A stretch of DNA of 64,000 bases from Candidatus Cloacimonadales bacterium (GTDB lineage: Bacteria; Cloacimonadota; Cloacimonadia; Cloacimonadales; JAFGVF01), in the NCBI GenBank assembly GCA_963663475.2, contig CAXXJV010000001.1:544001-608000 (forward strand), given 5' to 3'. The translations under genes and the position numbers were made by a program. The notes beneath the pieces were generated by a model. That model saw nothing but the letters and a program-made list of their open reading frames with translations. It was not told where the DNA came from and did no database searches. Below are positions 11,120 to 21,992 of this stretch, piece after piece (within the stretch, counting starts at the first letter, position 1; every line of letters starts with the position of its first letter).

Positions 11120-12682
11120 CTACTTATTTAATCCAAGTTCTTCTTTCATCTTCTCCATAAATGGATTAAGATAGTTGTCATCTCTTTGGAAAACTCCTTC
11201 AAGTCCCTTTCCTCTTTCTTCAGGACGTTTAATATCAGCGAATTCTCCATCTCTCATGGCATTGAAAAGTCCTTGTTCAGCGACTCTTTGTAAGAAGTCT
11301 CTTGCTTGTTCTAAAACACTATTAGCCCTCTGATTAATAAATCCATCAGGATCAAGTGTAATTTCTTTAGCAAAGTCTTTTGTTGCTGAGAAAAGATAGT
11401 TAGCATTTTCAATCGCCATTGCTCTATCAGCTAAATGAGGAGTATGAATAGCCTCTGTTAACATACCAAGAAGTTGCACACCTTGATTTGTCACTTGGCC
11501 GATAAAGTTAAACATAGCATCCATAAGATGTGTTTTAAAGATATTACCTGAAGCAAACTTTGTTGGAGGCATATACTTTGTTGGAGCAGTAGGGAAAAGT
11601 GTGCTTGTAAGTAAAGCATGTGATAACTCATAAGAGAAAGAGTTCTCAACAGTTGGGTCAATTTCATGGGCATGGCCTAAACCCATCTTCTCAGGTTTTA
11701 GTCCAGAAATATAAGCAAACTGTTCATTAATAAGCTGAGAAGCAGTAACTGTGTAAGCCTTTTCAATAGCATCTGATGTGGTCAAATAGTTATCTTCTCC
11801 TGTTTGAATTTCTATTCCTGCATAAGCATTTATCATTCTAGAAAAATATTGGTCAAGGATAGTTCTTTTAGGATTGATATCACGGAAAAGAATACCATAC
11901 ATAGCATCATTAAGCATAACATCTAATCTTTCAATAGCACCCATAGCTGCTATTTCTGGCATACATAAACCTGAAGCATAGTTGGTTAAGGAAATATATC
12001 TTTTAAGTTCATCACCTACTTCATCCAGCGCCTTACGCATAATTTTAAAATTCTCTTGAGTAGCAAAGGTTCCACCAAATCCAACTGTTGTTGCACCATA
12101 AGGAACATAATCTAATAAAGACTGAGCTGTAGATCTAATAACTGCTATAATATCTGCACCTTGACGTGCCGCAGCTTTAGCCTGAGTAACATCCTCATAG
12201 ATATTACCTGTTGCTACAATAACATAAAGGGCTGGTCTTCTGCGTGGACCGAACTCTTTAAATTTACCTTCTCTTAAGTCTCTTTGTGACTTAATATGGG
12301 CTAGAGATTTAGTAACAATCTCATCTAATTTGGTTAAGATTAGCTTATCATCTGCTTTTTCAACTTGTGATAAATCCAAATCACCCTTGACAACTGCATC
12401 TCCAACCTCTTGCACAGTCATACCCTTTGCAAGCATTGCATTTACTACCCAGTAAGCTACACCTCGATTCAAAATATTCTTGTCTTTAAGGTGATCTACT
12501 ACAATATTAGGAATAGGTTCTCCACCTTCTATTGCACCATCCATACCCATTAATCTAAGAATTGTTCTTTCAATAGCTACTGAACTATATCCGTTGAAAA
12601 GCCACTCAAATGATTCAGCAATCTGCTTTGCATAACCACGAGCTTGAGCTATTTTCTCAGGAGCGATATTTAATTTAAGCAC
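11120..12682 (-). CDS. kamD: Lysine 5,6-aminomutase alpha subunit
   Basis: YVIVATGNIYED, QSLLDYVPYG, NYASGLCMPE, KYMPPTK. Confidence 0.93.
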   Translation of the reverse strand: MLKLNIAPEKIAQARGYAKQIAESFEWLFNGYSSVAIERTILRLMGMDGAIEGGEPIPNIVVDHLKDKNILNRGVAYWVVNAMLAKGMTVQEVGDAVVKGDLDLSQVEKADDKLILTKLDEIVTKSLAHIKSQRDLREGKFKEFGPRRRPALYVIVATGNIYEDVTQAKAAARQGADIIAVIRSTAQSLLDYVPYGATTVGFGGTFATQENFKIMRKALDEVGDELKRYISLTNYASGLCMPEIAAMGAIERLDVMLNDAMYGILFRDINPKRTILDQYFSRMINAYAGIEIQTGEDNYLTTSDAIEKAYTVTASQLINEQFAYISGLKPEKMGLGHAHEIDPTVENSFSYELSHALLTSTLFPTAPTKYMPPTKFASGNIFKTHLMDAMFNFIGQVTNQGVQLLGMLTEAIHTPHLADRAMAIENANYLFSATKDFAKEITLDPDGFINQRANSVLEQARDFLQRVAEQGLFNAMRDGEFADIKRPEERGKGLEGVFQRDDNYLNPFMEKMKEELGLNK

Positions 12683-13070
12683 CAGTCCTCCAATATTTTA
12701 TTATTTTTTGTAAATTTATAGGAATCGCCATTATAGTCAAGTAAAATGTTTGAAAGCTATTGCTTTACCCCTGAGTTTTCTAATATTTAGGTTAAAGCCA
12801 GCTAGTAGGGGAGAATTTTAAGGAATAACTACCATTTCTTCTAGTGTCAAAAATCTTCTATACTTTGGGTTAAAATCTTCAGTAATTACTAGTTTTTTCT
12901 ATTCTTCAGATAATATTCATAATAAAAAAAAGCAGGAAAGAAGTCATTTCCAATAGCCTAAATAGTCATTTCACTCTTAAACAAGTGCATTCTAACCAGA
13001 TATTATTGACATACATCTGCCCATCCTGCTTATTATAACATTAAATAAAAATATATAAAAAGAGGTAAAA

Positions 13071-15773
13071 ATGAAAAAAAACATGCTAATCCTTATGTCC
13101 TTACTATTTACCCTAGGACTATTTGCCCAAACAATTACTAATCCCCAAGGAAGTGGTACAGAAAATGATCCTTATCAGATTAGTTCTTATGAGAATTTAA
13201 ACTGGTTAACTTCTCGAGCAGAAGATTCAGAAATACCATTCTTAGACAGATTATCAGCTCATTATGTTCAAACTGAAAATATTGAATTTCCAGCAGAGAT
13301 AACAGAGTGGGATAACAATCAAGGTTTCTTACCTATTGGTTATGGTACCTTATCTGATTCTTTCCCTTTTTCAGGTTATTATGATGGTCAAGGCCACACT
13401 ATCTCTAATCTCTATATGAATAGACCTTCCGAAGATGGAGTATCATTTTTTGGTCTTTTAATTACAGGTACTGTTAAGAATCTTGGACTTGTTGATGTAG
13501 AAATTACAGGTGCATGGGGTGTTGCAGGTATTGTTAGTGAAATGGATACTAACTCCCTTATTGAAAACAGTTTTGTTACTGGTGATATAACTGGTGAAGC
13601 CTTTGTCGGTGGTATAACTGGTTATAACTTTGAATCAGAAATTAACAACTGTTATTTCATTGGTTCAGTTGATGCTCTTGAAGGCCTAGCAGGTATTGCA
13701 GGTTTCAATGATACTGCCTATATTTCCAATTGCTATGCAGTAGCTAGTGTTACAGATACTGATTATGCAGGTGTAATTACTGGTTTATCTGATGGTGGTG
13801 GAGTTAGTAATAGTTTCTGGGACACAGACATTGCTAATGGCATCTTAGGTATTGGTGAAATATCTGAAAGTGAAATTGTTAATACTGTAGGTAAAACTAC
13901 TGAAGAAATGAAAAGTCAAGCTACTTTCTCAGACGCAGGTTGGGATTTTACTGAAGTGTGGCAGATTAATGAAAATATTAATGATTCATACCCTTCTTTT
14001 ATCTGGCAAGAATCTAGCAATATTACAGACCCAACTTTACCTCCAATGAACCTTACAGCTGATGTTAATGCTTCTAATGTAGTTTTAAACTGGGAAGAAC
14101 CACTTGATTTAACTGAAGGTGCTTGGATTACTAAAGGTGCTGAAGAAAACAACGATGGTATCGGTGTTAATGGACCAGCAGAATTTGGTGTTGCTCATAA
14201 ATACACTCAAGAAGAATTACTTGTTTATCAAGGCTTAAACATCTCTTCAATCAAATTCTTCCCTCGTGAAGCTACTGCAACTTATACAGTATCAGTATGG
14301 GGTGGAGAAAGTGGTCAAGACCTTCTTTATAGTCAAGAAGCCTCTGATTTTGTTAATGAAGCTTGGAATGAACACCAATTAACTACACCTGTAGCTATTC
14401 CTACTTCAGGTCCACTCTATATTGGTTACATGGTTGATACCCAGGTAGGCTTCCCTGCTGGTTGTGATGCTGGACCTGCTCTTGAAGGTGGAGACCAAAT
14501 TCACTTCGTAGGTGAAGCATGGGATGCTCTTTCAGCTGTAGCTACCCCTAATATTAACTGGAATATTCAAGCTTTTGTTTCACCTGAAGGTGGAGACAGA
14601 GCTACTACTTATCCTCTTGTAAAAGCAAATAAAGCTGTTAAAAATAACAATAGTACAGCTAATTTCTTAGCAGGAAACCTAAATCCTGTAGTTACAAGTA
14701 GAGTAAGACTTGATAGAGATGTTACTGGATACAAAATCTATCGTAATAATACAGAGATTGCTGAAGTGGGATCAGATATCTTAACTTACACTGATTCTAA
14801 TCTTGATAATGCTACTTATACATATCACGTAACAGCTATGTATGGTGATTCAGAATCAGCAAGTTCAAACTCTGTTGTAGTAACTGTTAATGTATTAAAT
14901 CCTGATGAAATAATTATTTCAGATTCTTTTGAAGATTATACTGACTTCTCTATCCAGTTTGGTGATTGGACACTTGTTGATGGCGATTTAGCTTCAACTT
15001 ATGGCTTTAGTGGAACTAGCTTCCCTAATGCTGAATCTATGTTTGCTTATATCGTATTTAATCCAGCATTAACAACTCCTCCACTAGAAGACCAAGGTTA
15101 CCAAGCTCCTGATGGAGATAAATATCTTGCTTCTTTCGCAGCTACAACACCGCCAAATAATGACTGGTTAATTTCACCAATCTTCACTCTTGGTTCAGAA
15201 GGTCAGTTATCATTTACAGCTAAATCTATTACTAGCCAATATGGTTTCGAGAAATTCAATGTCTTAGTATCAATGGGTTCAACAAATCCTAATGATTTCA
15301 CTGTAATTTCAGGTAGCAATCCTGTTGAAGCACCTATCACATGGACAGATTATGTTTATAGCTTAGACGATTATGCTAATCAAAGTATTAGACTAGCAAT
15401 TCAGTGTGTTTCAAACGATGCATTTGTATTTATGCTTGATAATGTAGAAATAGTTTCTGCAGGTGGAACTGATAATAATAATAATTCAGTTCCTCTTCTT
15501 TCAACTTCTTTAAGTAACTATCCAAATCCATTTAATCCACAAACTACTATCAATTACTCTATCCAAAAAGCTGGTAAAGTAAGCTTAGACGTTTATAATC
15601 TTGCAGGACAAAAGGTAAAAACTCTTGTTAATGACAAGAAAACTGCTGGTTCTCATAATGTAGTATGGAATGGTAAAGATGATGCAGGTAATAATGTATC
15701 ATCAGGCGTCTATTTCTACAGAATTACTAATGGTAATGAAAGTAAAACTAACAAAATGATCTTGATGAAATAG
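13071..15773 (+). CDS. Secreted surface protein: GLUG-like region, FN3-like, cleaved-adhesin-like domain, FlgD-Ig/T9SS-like CTD
   Basis: Signal peptide; [11 protein letters not shown] and [29 protein letters not shown] and [15 protein letters not shown]...KMILMK. Confidence 0.85.
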   Translation: MKKNMLILMSLLFTLGLFAQTITNPQGSGTENDPYQISSYENLNWLTSRAEDSEIPFLDRLSAHYVQTENIEFPAEITEWDNNQGFLPIGYGTLSDSFPFSGYYDGQGHTISNLYMNRPSEDGVSFFGLLITGTVKNLGLVDVEITGAWGVAGIVSEMDTNSLIENSFVTGDITGEAFVGGITGYNFESEINNCYFIGSVDALEGLAGIAGFNDTAYISNCYAVASVTDTDYAGVITGLSDGGGVSNSFWDTDIANGILGIGEISESEIVNTVGKTTEEMKSQATFSDAGWDFTEVWQINENINDSYPSFIWQESSNITDPTLPPMNLTADVNASNVVLNWEEPLDLTEGAWITKGAEENNDGIGVNGPAEFGVAHKYTQEELLVYQGLNISSIKFFPREATATYTVSVWGGESGQDLLYSQEASDFVNEAWNEHQLTTPVAIPTSGPLYIGYMVDTQVGFPAGCDAGPALEGGDQIHFVGEAWDALSAVATPNINWNIQAFVSPEGGDRATTYPLVKANKAVKNNNSTANFLAGNLNPVVTSRVRLDRDVTGYKIYRNNTEIAEVGSDILTYTDSNLDNATYTYHVTAMYGDSESASSNSVVVTVNVLNPDEIIISDSFEDYTDFSIQFGDWTLVDGDLASTYGFSGTSFPNAESMFAYIVFNPALTTPPLEDQGYQAPDGDKYLASFAATTPPNNDWLISPIFTLGSEGQLSFTAKSITSQYGFEKFNVLVSMGSTNPNDFTVISGSNPVEAPITWTDYVYSLDDYANQSIRLAIQCVSNDAFVFMLDNVEIVSAGGTDNNNNSVPLLSTSLSNYPNPFNPQTTINYSIQKAGKVSLDVYNLAGQKVKTLVNDKKTAGSHNVVWNGKDDAGNNVSSGVYFYRITNGNESKTNKMILMK

Positions 15774-15859
15774 TATCTTGCTTGGTAAGAATGAAAAATG
15801 AAAAGATAAAAATGAAGAAATATCGTATTGCGTAACAATGATACTTCAATATACTTATG

Positions 15860-15884
15860 AAGCCTCGCTCATGCGGGGCTTTTT
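15860..15884 (+). terminator. Intrinsic terminator
   Basis: AAGCCTCGC-tcat-GCGGGGCTT followed by Ts. Confidence 0.75.
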
Positions 15885-15940
15885 GTTTGTAATCCTCTTG
15901 TAACGTGCTTGCCTCTTCTTTTACAATCTTTACATTAAAT

Positions 15941-16468
15941 CCAGATAATGTAGTAGAGCTTTGTGAAATCCCTACACCTATTTCATAAGGCTCTTGTTCA
16001 AGTCTGGTGGTAAATAAGAGACTTTCATTATAGCATATTGCTTGAATAATAGAAAGTTACAAGTAAGAATATACTGTTAAGAGTATGTTTTGTTTGATGA
16101 TAAGTACTAAATCCTGAAGGGATAAGTCTTAAATCCTCAAAGGGGATAAATAGTTTAGCCTAGGGTAAATTCCTGAAGGGAATGCAACCCTGGGTACTGG
16201 TGATGAAAAACAAAGCCTAACCCTGAAAGGGTTAAATAACATCATATATACCATAGACTTATACAATAATATATTATTTATCATTTTATTAAACCCTTAC
16301 AGGGTAACATCTTTGGGCTAGCCATCATTACCCAGGGTTGCGATACTTTCAGCATCTTACCCTGGGCTAAATTATTTTATCCCTTTCAGGGATTTTGATG
16401 AATTAATATAGTAATGAAATATTCTCATTTTCCTATATTATTCCCACCAGACTTGAACTTGAGCCTTT
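15941..16468. repeat. Composite repeat cluster: partial A arm, module D, inverted REP-like pair, module E
   Basis: 15-bp inverted repeats GTTCAAGTCTGGTGG (15996) / CCACCAGACTTGAAC (16444) enclose CCCTGAAAGGG- and CCCTTTCAGGG-type hairpins in inverted arrangement. Confidence 0.8.
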
Positions 16469-16530
16469 CATAAAACACTAACTATTAATCAAATTTCATG
16501 ACATTGCTATACGTTTTAGTTTGATAGTTA

Positions 16531-18969
16531 TTATTTTATTATTATCATTTTTCCAACTGCTACGAAGTTATCTGTTTCAGCTTTGATTAAATAAAGTCCA
16601 CTTGCAACAGGTCTGTTATTACTATTTTTCATATTCCAAATTGTTGAGTATAGTTGCTTACCATTATTATTTTTTCTTAACCCTCCATGTTTTTGCATAT
16701 CCTGATAACTATTATTCACCCTCCAACTTCTAACCTTTTGTCCTTTGATATTATATATAGAAACAAGTGGTTTATTCGTCTGCTTGGGTATTACAAATTC
16801 GATACTACAGCTACTTCTAGAGGCTTTTCCACTTAAGTTTACGGGATTAGGATAAACACTGATATTAGACATTTTAACAGCTTCACCTTCTTCCTCATAA
16901 TTAGCGACTGCAGGTGCACCAAATTCAAAAGCCCCCATATCTACAGCACTACCCCAAACTCGCTGATTACCTGCTAAATCTGTTTCTAGTAAGAAGCTCG
17001 TATCAAAGTGACCAGCATCAATACAAGGTGACTGTTCTGCTAGTTCATAGTACTCAACATCAGAAACATCAAGGGAATCATTAAACTCACCTGCAAATAA
17101 AGGTACTTGGCCAATTAAGTTATCTTCCCATTGCACTAATTCAGGGATATATGTTGCAAAAAGATTGAAACTATCATTATTAATTAAACTATTATAAACA
17201 AAAGCTTCTTGCTCCTCATGATTAGGGTCATAATAAGGTAGGTCGTTATTAATTCCAAAATCCCCCCATGACTCAGGATTATAGAATATTGAATTAAAGA
17301 CTTCAACTCCTCCATAGATGGTTACAAAACTTTTATTAACACTATTATTGGCAAATGTTGAGTTGTATATTCTTGGAAGATGATGTATATTAAACAACTT
17401 AAATGGCCAATTTATAGTCCGAATCTCAAATTCATTATTAAAAACTAGCATATTATGTATCTCTATCTCATTATCTAGACCATAGTCATTTCTGTTATTG
17501 TCATATTGAAAGATTGAACCCTCTTCTGCTTGTATATTCGATATAATGCAATTTCTAAGCTCTACATCTGCTTCATCTATATCATATCCAAAAAATTTAT
17601 CAAGGCCTGTAAAAGAAGAGTTAGTATAAATAATATTGTTGCACATTATATTGTCACTATACTTTATGGCAATAGCCATTGCACTATCCCAATCTAAGCT
17701 ACTTGTAACATTATGTACTAGTATATTTTCGATGTTGATATTTTCTGATAAAAAAACATAAATTCCAGAACCAACATCTACCAGACAATTATCAAATTCT
17801 AAGTCCTTAATAGTAATATTTTGACAGGCTGCTAATTGTATTGAAGCATTTATAGACCAATATACTGATCGTAAATCCCTAAATGTTACATCACTAATTT
17901 CAGCATTGTTTTGATAGGCACAATGTATAAAAGCTGTTGTCTCTTCACCATCTAATATCGTTTCTCCAATACCATAACCTTGCACAATTATATTTGATTT
18001 TATCCCTACTGGTGTAATTTGACCATCTGATTGTTTATAAGTACCTGGCATTAAATGAAGTGTATTTCTATCATTTTCATTAGCTTTAATTAGCTGCAAG
18101 CCTCTAGTAATTGTCTTCAAAGGTTCTGTTTCAGATAATCCACTATTAGTATCATTACCATCAGGGCTAACAAACAGATCTTCATCAATCTCTTCAAAAT
18201 AACCACTCTCAATGTTTACTGAGACATAGTCTTCATAATAATCTCTATATCTTCCCCCAGCCATAATAAAATAATCATCATATTCATCTAATGCGATACT
18301 TCCCTTTATTAGATTTATGTTATACTCTATAAGATTATCTTCTGAACCATCAAAACCAATATCCATACCATAAGATGCAACATTATTATATATAGATGTG
18401 TTTATCAATTCTAGTTCACAGCCAGAGATTATGTAAATACCCCCACCTGAACCTAGGGCAATATTATCATGAATTGATACATTTTCAAGAGTTAAACTTG
18501 ATGTTTCTATACTAATTATACCACCTCCATTACTTGTTGTACAATCTCTAACAATTGAATTCTTAAGAACTAAATTACCTTCATTCTGTATACCACTAGC
18601 TCCCCAAATACCGTTATAGAAGTTGTGCTCATCATTATTTGTTATAGTAAATCCATCAATGATAACATTTTCTTGGTCTGATATATAGATTGTTCTATCT
18701 AGATTACCATCTATCACAGTATTTTCAATATGTTCAGGATTGTTATCTAAGATGAAAGTACTTAAGAGTGTGATATCTTTACCTGAAAAATTTAGATTCT
18801 CGTTATAATGACCAGGGTGAACTAATATTGTGTCTCCAGATATGCAATATTCGAGTGCATAAGATATTGTTGGCCAATTTTGAGTACCGTCTAGAGCTAC
18901 CCCATGTACTGTTGCTTTCAAAATCACAGTTGTAAGAAATAACAAAAATATTAACCAAGTTCTTTTCAT
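16531..18969 (-). CDS. Secreted pectin-lyase-like beta-helix protein (DUF1565-like and choice-of-anchor-Q-like motifs) with CTD, downstream copy
   Basis: Signal peptide; GDTILVHPGHYNEN; FVSPDGNDTNSGLS..PLKTI; SPCIDAG..DLAGNQR..DMGAFE; VYPNP...KMIIIK. Confidence 0.85.
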   Translation of the reverse strand: MKRTWLIFLLFLTTVILKATVHGVALDGTQNWPTISYALEYCISGDTILVHPGHYNENLNFSGKDITLLSTFILDNNPEHIENTVIDGNLDRTIYISDQENVIIDGFTITNNDEHNFYNGIWGASGIQNEGNLVLKNSIVRDCTTSNGGGIISIETSSLTLENVSIHDNIALGSGGGIYIISGCELELINTSIYNNVASYGMDIGFDGSEDNLIEYNINLIKGSIALDEYDDYFIMAGGRYRDYYEDYVSVNIESGYFEEIDEDLFVSPDGNDTNSGLSETEPLKTITRGLQLIKANENDRNTLHLMPGTYKQSDGQITPVGIKSNIIVQGYGIGETILDGEETTAFIHCAYQNNAEISDVTFRDLRSVYWSINASIQLAACQNITIKDLEFDNCLVDVGSGIYVFLSENINIENILVHNVTSSLDWDSAMAIAIKYSDNIMCNNIIYTNSSFTGLDKFFGYDIDEADVELRNCIISNIQAEEGSIFQYDNNRNDYGLDNEIEIHNMLVFNNEFEIRTINWPFKLFNIHHLPRIYNSTFANNSVNKSFVTIYGGVEVFNSIFYNPESWGDFGINNDLPYYDPNHEEQEAFVYNSLINNDSFNLFATYIPELVQWEDNLIGQVPLFAGEFNDSLDVSDVEYYELAEQSPCIDAGHFDTSFLLETDLAGNQRVWGSAVDMGAFEFGAPAVANYEEEGEAVKMSNISVYPNPVNLSGKASRSSCSIEFVIPKQTNKPLVSIYNIKGQKVRSWRVNNSYQDMQKHGGLRKNNNGKQLYSTIWNMKNSNNRPVASGLYLIKAETDNFVAVGKMIIIK

Positions 18970-18988
18970 TATGTATCCTTTTAGTTAA

Positions 18989-19013
18989 AGGGGTTTGCTT
19001 GATACAAACCCCT
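18989..19013 (-). terminator. Intergenic hairpin (terminator or mRNA-stabilising), repeated at 21489-21513
   Basis: AGGGGTTTG-cttgata-CAAACCCCT in the spacer upstream of the RBS. Confidence 0.5.
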
Positions 19014-19030
19014 ATTTTAGGTGAATATAT

Positions 19031-21469
19031 TTATTTTATTATTATCATTTTTCCAACTGCTACGAAGTTATCTGTTTCAGCTTTGATTAAATAAAGTCCA
19101 CTTGCAACAGGTCTGTTATTACTATTTTTCATATTCCAAATTGTTGAGTATAGTTGCTTACCATTATTATTTTTTCTTAACCCTCCATGTTTTTGCATAT
19201 CCTGATAACTATTATTCACCCTCCAACTTCTAACCTTTTGTCCTTTGATATTATATATAGAAACAAGTGGTTTATTCGTCTGCTTGGGTATTACAAATTC
19301 GATACTACAGCTACTTCTAGAGGCTTTTCCACTTAAGTTTACGGGATTAGGATAAACACTGATATTAGACATTTTAACAGCTTCACCTTCTTCCTCATAA
19401 TTAGCGACTGCAGGTGCACCAAATTCAAAAGCCCCCATATCTACAGCACTACCCCAAACTCGCTGATTACCTGCTAAATCTGTTTCTAGTAAGAAGCTCG
19501 TATCAAAGTGACCAGCATCAATACAAGGTGACTGTTCTGCTAGTTCATAGTACTCAACATCAGAAACATCAAGGGAATCATTAAACTCACCTGCAAATAA
19601 AGGTACTTGACCAATTAAGTTATCTTCCCATTGCACTAATTCAGGGATATAAGTTACTAATTGATTGAAATTATCATTATTAATTAAACTATTATAAACA
19701 AAAGCTTCTTGCTCCTCATGATTAGGGTCATAATAGGGTAGGTCATTAGCAATACCAAAATCCCCCCATGACTCAGGATTATAGAATATTGAATTAAAGA
19801 CTTCAACTCCTCCATAGATGGTAACAAACCTTTTATTCACACTATTATTGGCAAATGTTGAATTGTATATTCTTGGAAGATGATGTATATTAAACAACTT
19901 AAATGGCCAATTTATAGTCCGAATCTCAAATTCATTATTAAAAACTAGCATATTATGTATCTCTATCTCATTATCTAGACCATAGTTATTTCTCAGGTTG
20001 TCATATTGGAAGATCGAACCCTCTTCAGCTTGTATATTCGATATAATGCAATTTCTAAGCTCTACATCTGCTTCATCAATATCATACCCAAATAATTTAT
20101 CAAGGCCTGTAAAAGAAGAGTTAGTATAAATAATATTGTTGCACATTATGTTGTCGCTATATTTTATGGCAATAGACATTGCACTATCCCAATCTAAGCT
20201 ATTTGTAACATTATGTACTAGTATGCTTTCAATGTTGATATTCTCTGAACTAACAACATAAACTCCAGAACCAACATCTACCAGACAATTATCAAATTCT
20301 AAGTCCTTAATAGTAATATTTTGACAGGCTGCTAATTGTATTGAAGCATTTATGGACCAATATACTGATCGTAAATCCCTAAATGTTACATCACTAATTT
20401 CAACATTGTTTTGATAGGCACCATGTATAAAAGCTGTTACCTCTTCACCATCTAATATCGTTTCTCCAATACCATAACCTTGCACAATTATATTTGATTT
20501 TATCCCTACTGGTGTAATTTGACCATCTGATTGTTTATAAGTACCTGGCATTAAATGAAGTGTATTTCTATCATTTTCATTAGCTTTAATTAGCTGCAAG
20601 CCTCTAGTAATTGTCTTCAAAGGTTCTGTTTCAGATAATCCACTATTAGTATCATTACCATCAGGGCTAACAAACAGATCTTCATCAATCTCTTCAAAAT
20701 AACCACTCTCAATGTTTACTGAGACATAGTCTTCATAATAATTTCTATATCTTCCCCCAGCCATAATAAAATAGTCATCATATTCATCTAATGCGATACT
20801 TCCCATTATAAGATTTATGTTATACTCTATAAGATTTTCTTCTGAACCACTAAAACAAATGTCCATACCATAAGATGCAACATTATTATATATAGATGTG
20901 TTTATCAATTCTAATTCACAGCCAGAGATTATGTAAATACCCCCTCCTGGGCCTAAGGCAATATTATCATGAATTGATACATTTTCAAGAGTTAAACTTG
21001 ATGTTTCTATACTAATTATACCACCTCCATCACCATTTGTACAATCTCTAACAATTGAATTCTTAAGAACTAAATTACCTTCATTCTGTATACCACTAGC
21101 TCCCCAAATACCGTTATAGGAGTTGTGTTCATCATTATTTGTTATAGTAAATCCATCAATAATAACATTTTCTTGGTCTGATATATAGATTGTTCTATCT
21201 AGATTACCATCTATCACAGTATTTTCAATATGTTCAGGATTGTTATCTAAGATGAAAGTACTTAAGAGTGTGATATCTTTACCTGAAAAATTTAGATTCT
21301 CGTTATAATGACCAGGGTGAACTAATATTGTGTCTCCAGATATGCAATATTCGAGTGCATAAGATATTGTTGGCCAATTTTGAGTACCGTCTAGAGCTAC
21401 CCCATGTACTGTTGCTTTCAAAATCACAGTTGTAAGAAATAACAAAAATATTAACCAAGTTCTTTTCAT
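19031..21469 (-). CDS. Secreted beta-helix CTD protein, upstream copy
   Basis: 812 aa, same architecture as 16531-18969; about 28 aa differences by manual comparison. Confidence 0.85.
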   Translation of the reverse strand: MKRTWLIFLLFLTTVILKATVHGVALDGTQNWPTISYALEYCISGDTILVHPGHYNENLNFSGKDITLLSTFILDNNPEHIENTVIDGNLDRTIYISDQENVIIDGFTITNNDEHNSYNGIWGASGIQNEGNLVLKNSIVRDCTNGDGGGIISIETSSLTLENVSIHDNIALGPGGGIYIISGCELELINTSIYNNVASYGMDICFSGSEENLIEYNINLIMGSIALDEYDDYFIMAGGRYRNYYEDYVSVNIESGYFEEIDEDLFVSPDGNDTNSGLSETEPLKTITRGLQLIKANENDRNTLHLMPGTYKQSDGQITPVGIKSNIIVQGYGIGETILDGEEVTAFIHGAYQNNVEISDVTFRDLRSVYWSINASIQLAACQNITIKDLEFDNCLVDVGSGVYVVSSENINIESILVHNVTNSLDWDSAMSIAIKYSDNIMCNNIIYTNSSFTGLDKLFGYDIDEADVELRNCIISNIQAEEGSIFQYDNLRNNYGLDNEIEIHNMLVFNNEFEIRTINWPFKLFNIHHLPRIYNSTFANNSVNKRFVTIYGGVEVFNSIFYNPESWGDFGIANDLPYYDPNHEEQEAFVYNSLINNDNFNQLVTYIPELVQWEDNLIGQVPLFAGEFNDSLDVSDVEYYELAEQSPCIDAGHFDTSFLLETDLAGNQRVWGSAVDMGAFEFGAPAVANYEEEGEAVKMSNISVYPNPVNLSGKASRSSCSIEFVIPKQTNKPLVSIYNIKGQKVRSWRVNNSYQDMQKHGGLRKNNNGKQLYSTIWNMKNSNNRPVASGLYLIKAETDNFVAVGKMIIIK

Positions 21470-21530
21470 TATGTATCCTTTTAGTTAAAGGGGTTTGCTT
21501 GATACAAACCCCTATTTTAGGTGAATATAT

Positions 21531-21992
21531 TTATTTCATCATTATCATTTTATGTGTCAAGTGTTTTTTGCTTGTTGTTAGTCGATAAAAATAAACACCT
21601 GATGCAACTTTTCGGTTATTTGTGTTTTTACCATTCCAAACAACATTATGTTCTCCTGCCTTTAGGTTTTCATTTACAAGAATCTTAACTTTTTGACCTT
21701 TTATATTATATACTTCAAGTTTTACATGTTCATCATTTGGTAGAGCAAAAGATATATTTGTAGTTGGATTAAAAGGATTAGGATAGTTTTTGCTTAGAGT
21801 TAATTTCTCAGGTAAAATTGGCACTTCTTCACCTGATTTAATTTTAACTTGCAAGTAACTTCCAAAATTCTCAGTATTAGAAATTATCTTTACAAAATCT
21901 TCACTTTCTCTACTAAAGATAGTATGAGATGCTATTTGCTCTGGACAATTCTTTGCACTTGGGAAATAGAGATGGAACTGGATATCCGCGTA
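21531..21992 (-). pseudogene. Out-of-frame C-terminal part (FlgD-Ig/T9SS-like CTD) of the 21913-24402 gene
   Basis: Frame open from 21992 to stop at 21531, overlapping the upstream ORF by 80 nt in the +1 frame; no signal peptide; NYPNPFNP...KMIMMK. Confidence 0.75.

Larger units (their letters stand above)
16531..21530. repeat. Tandem direct duplication with 2500-bp unit (16531-19030, 19031-21530)
   Basis: Sequences align at offset 2500 including the 61-bp spacer; ends identical, middle diverged. Confidence 0.97.

Noticed and set aside
16531-21469. Diversity-generating retroelement (TR/VR pair) as the cause of the near-identical genes
   Set aside because: Differences are not adenine-specific on the coding strand (e.g. 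CTAGGTTCAGGT vs TTAGGCCCAGGA), span ~1.5 kb of two full genes, and no reverse transcriptase is in the window.
21980-21987. GATATC site at the apparent break in the lipase-like gene as a scar of the resident EcoRV-like nuclease
   Set aside because: The hexamer is common in this AT-rich window and the break position is not pinned down, so coincidence cannot be excluded.
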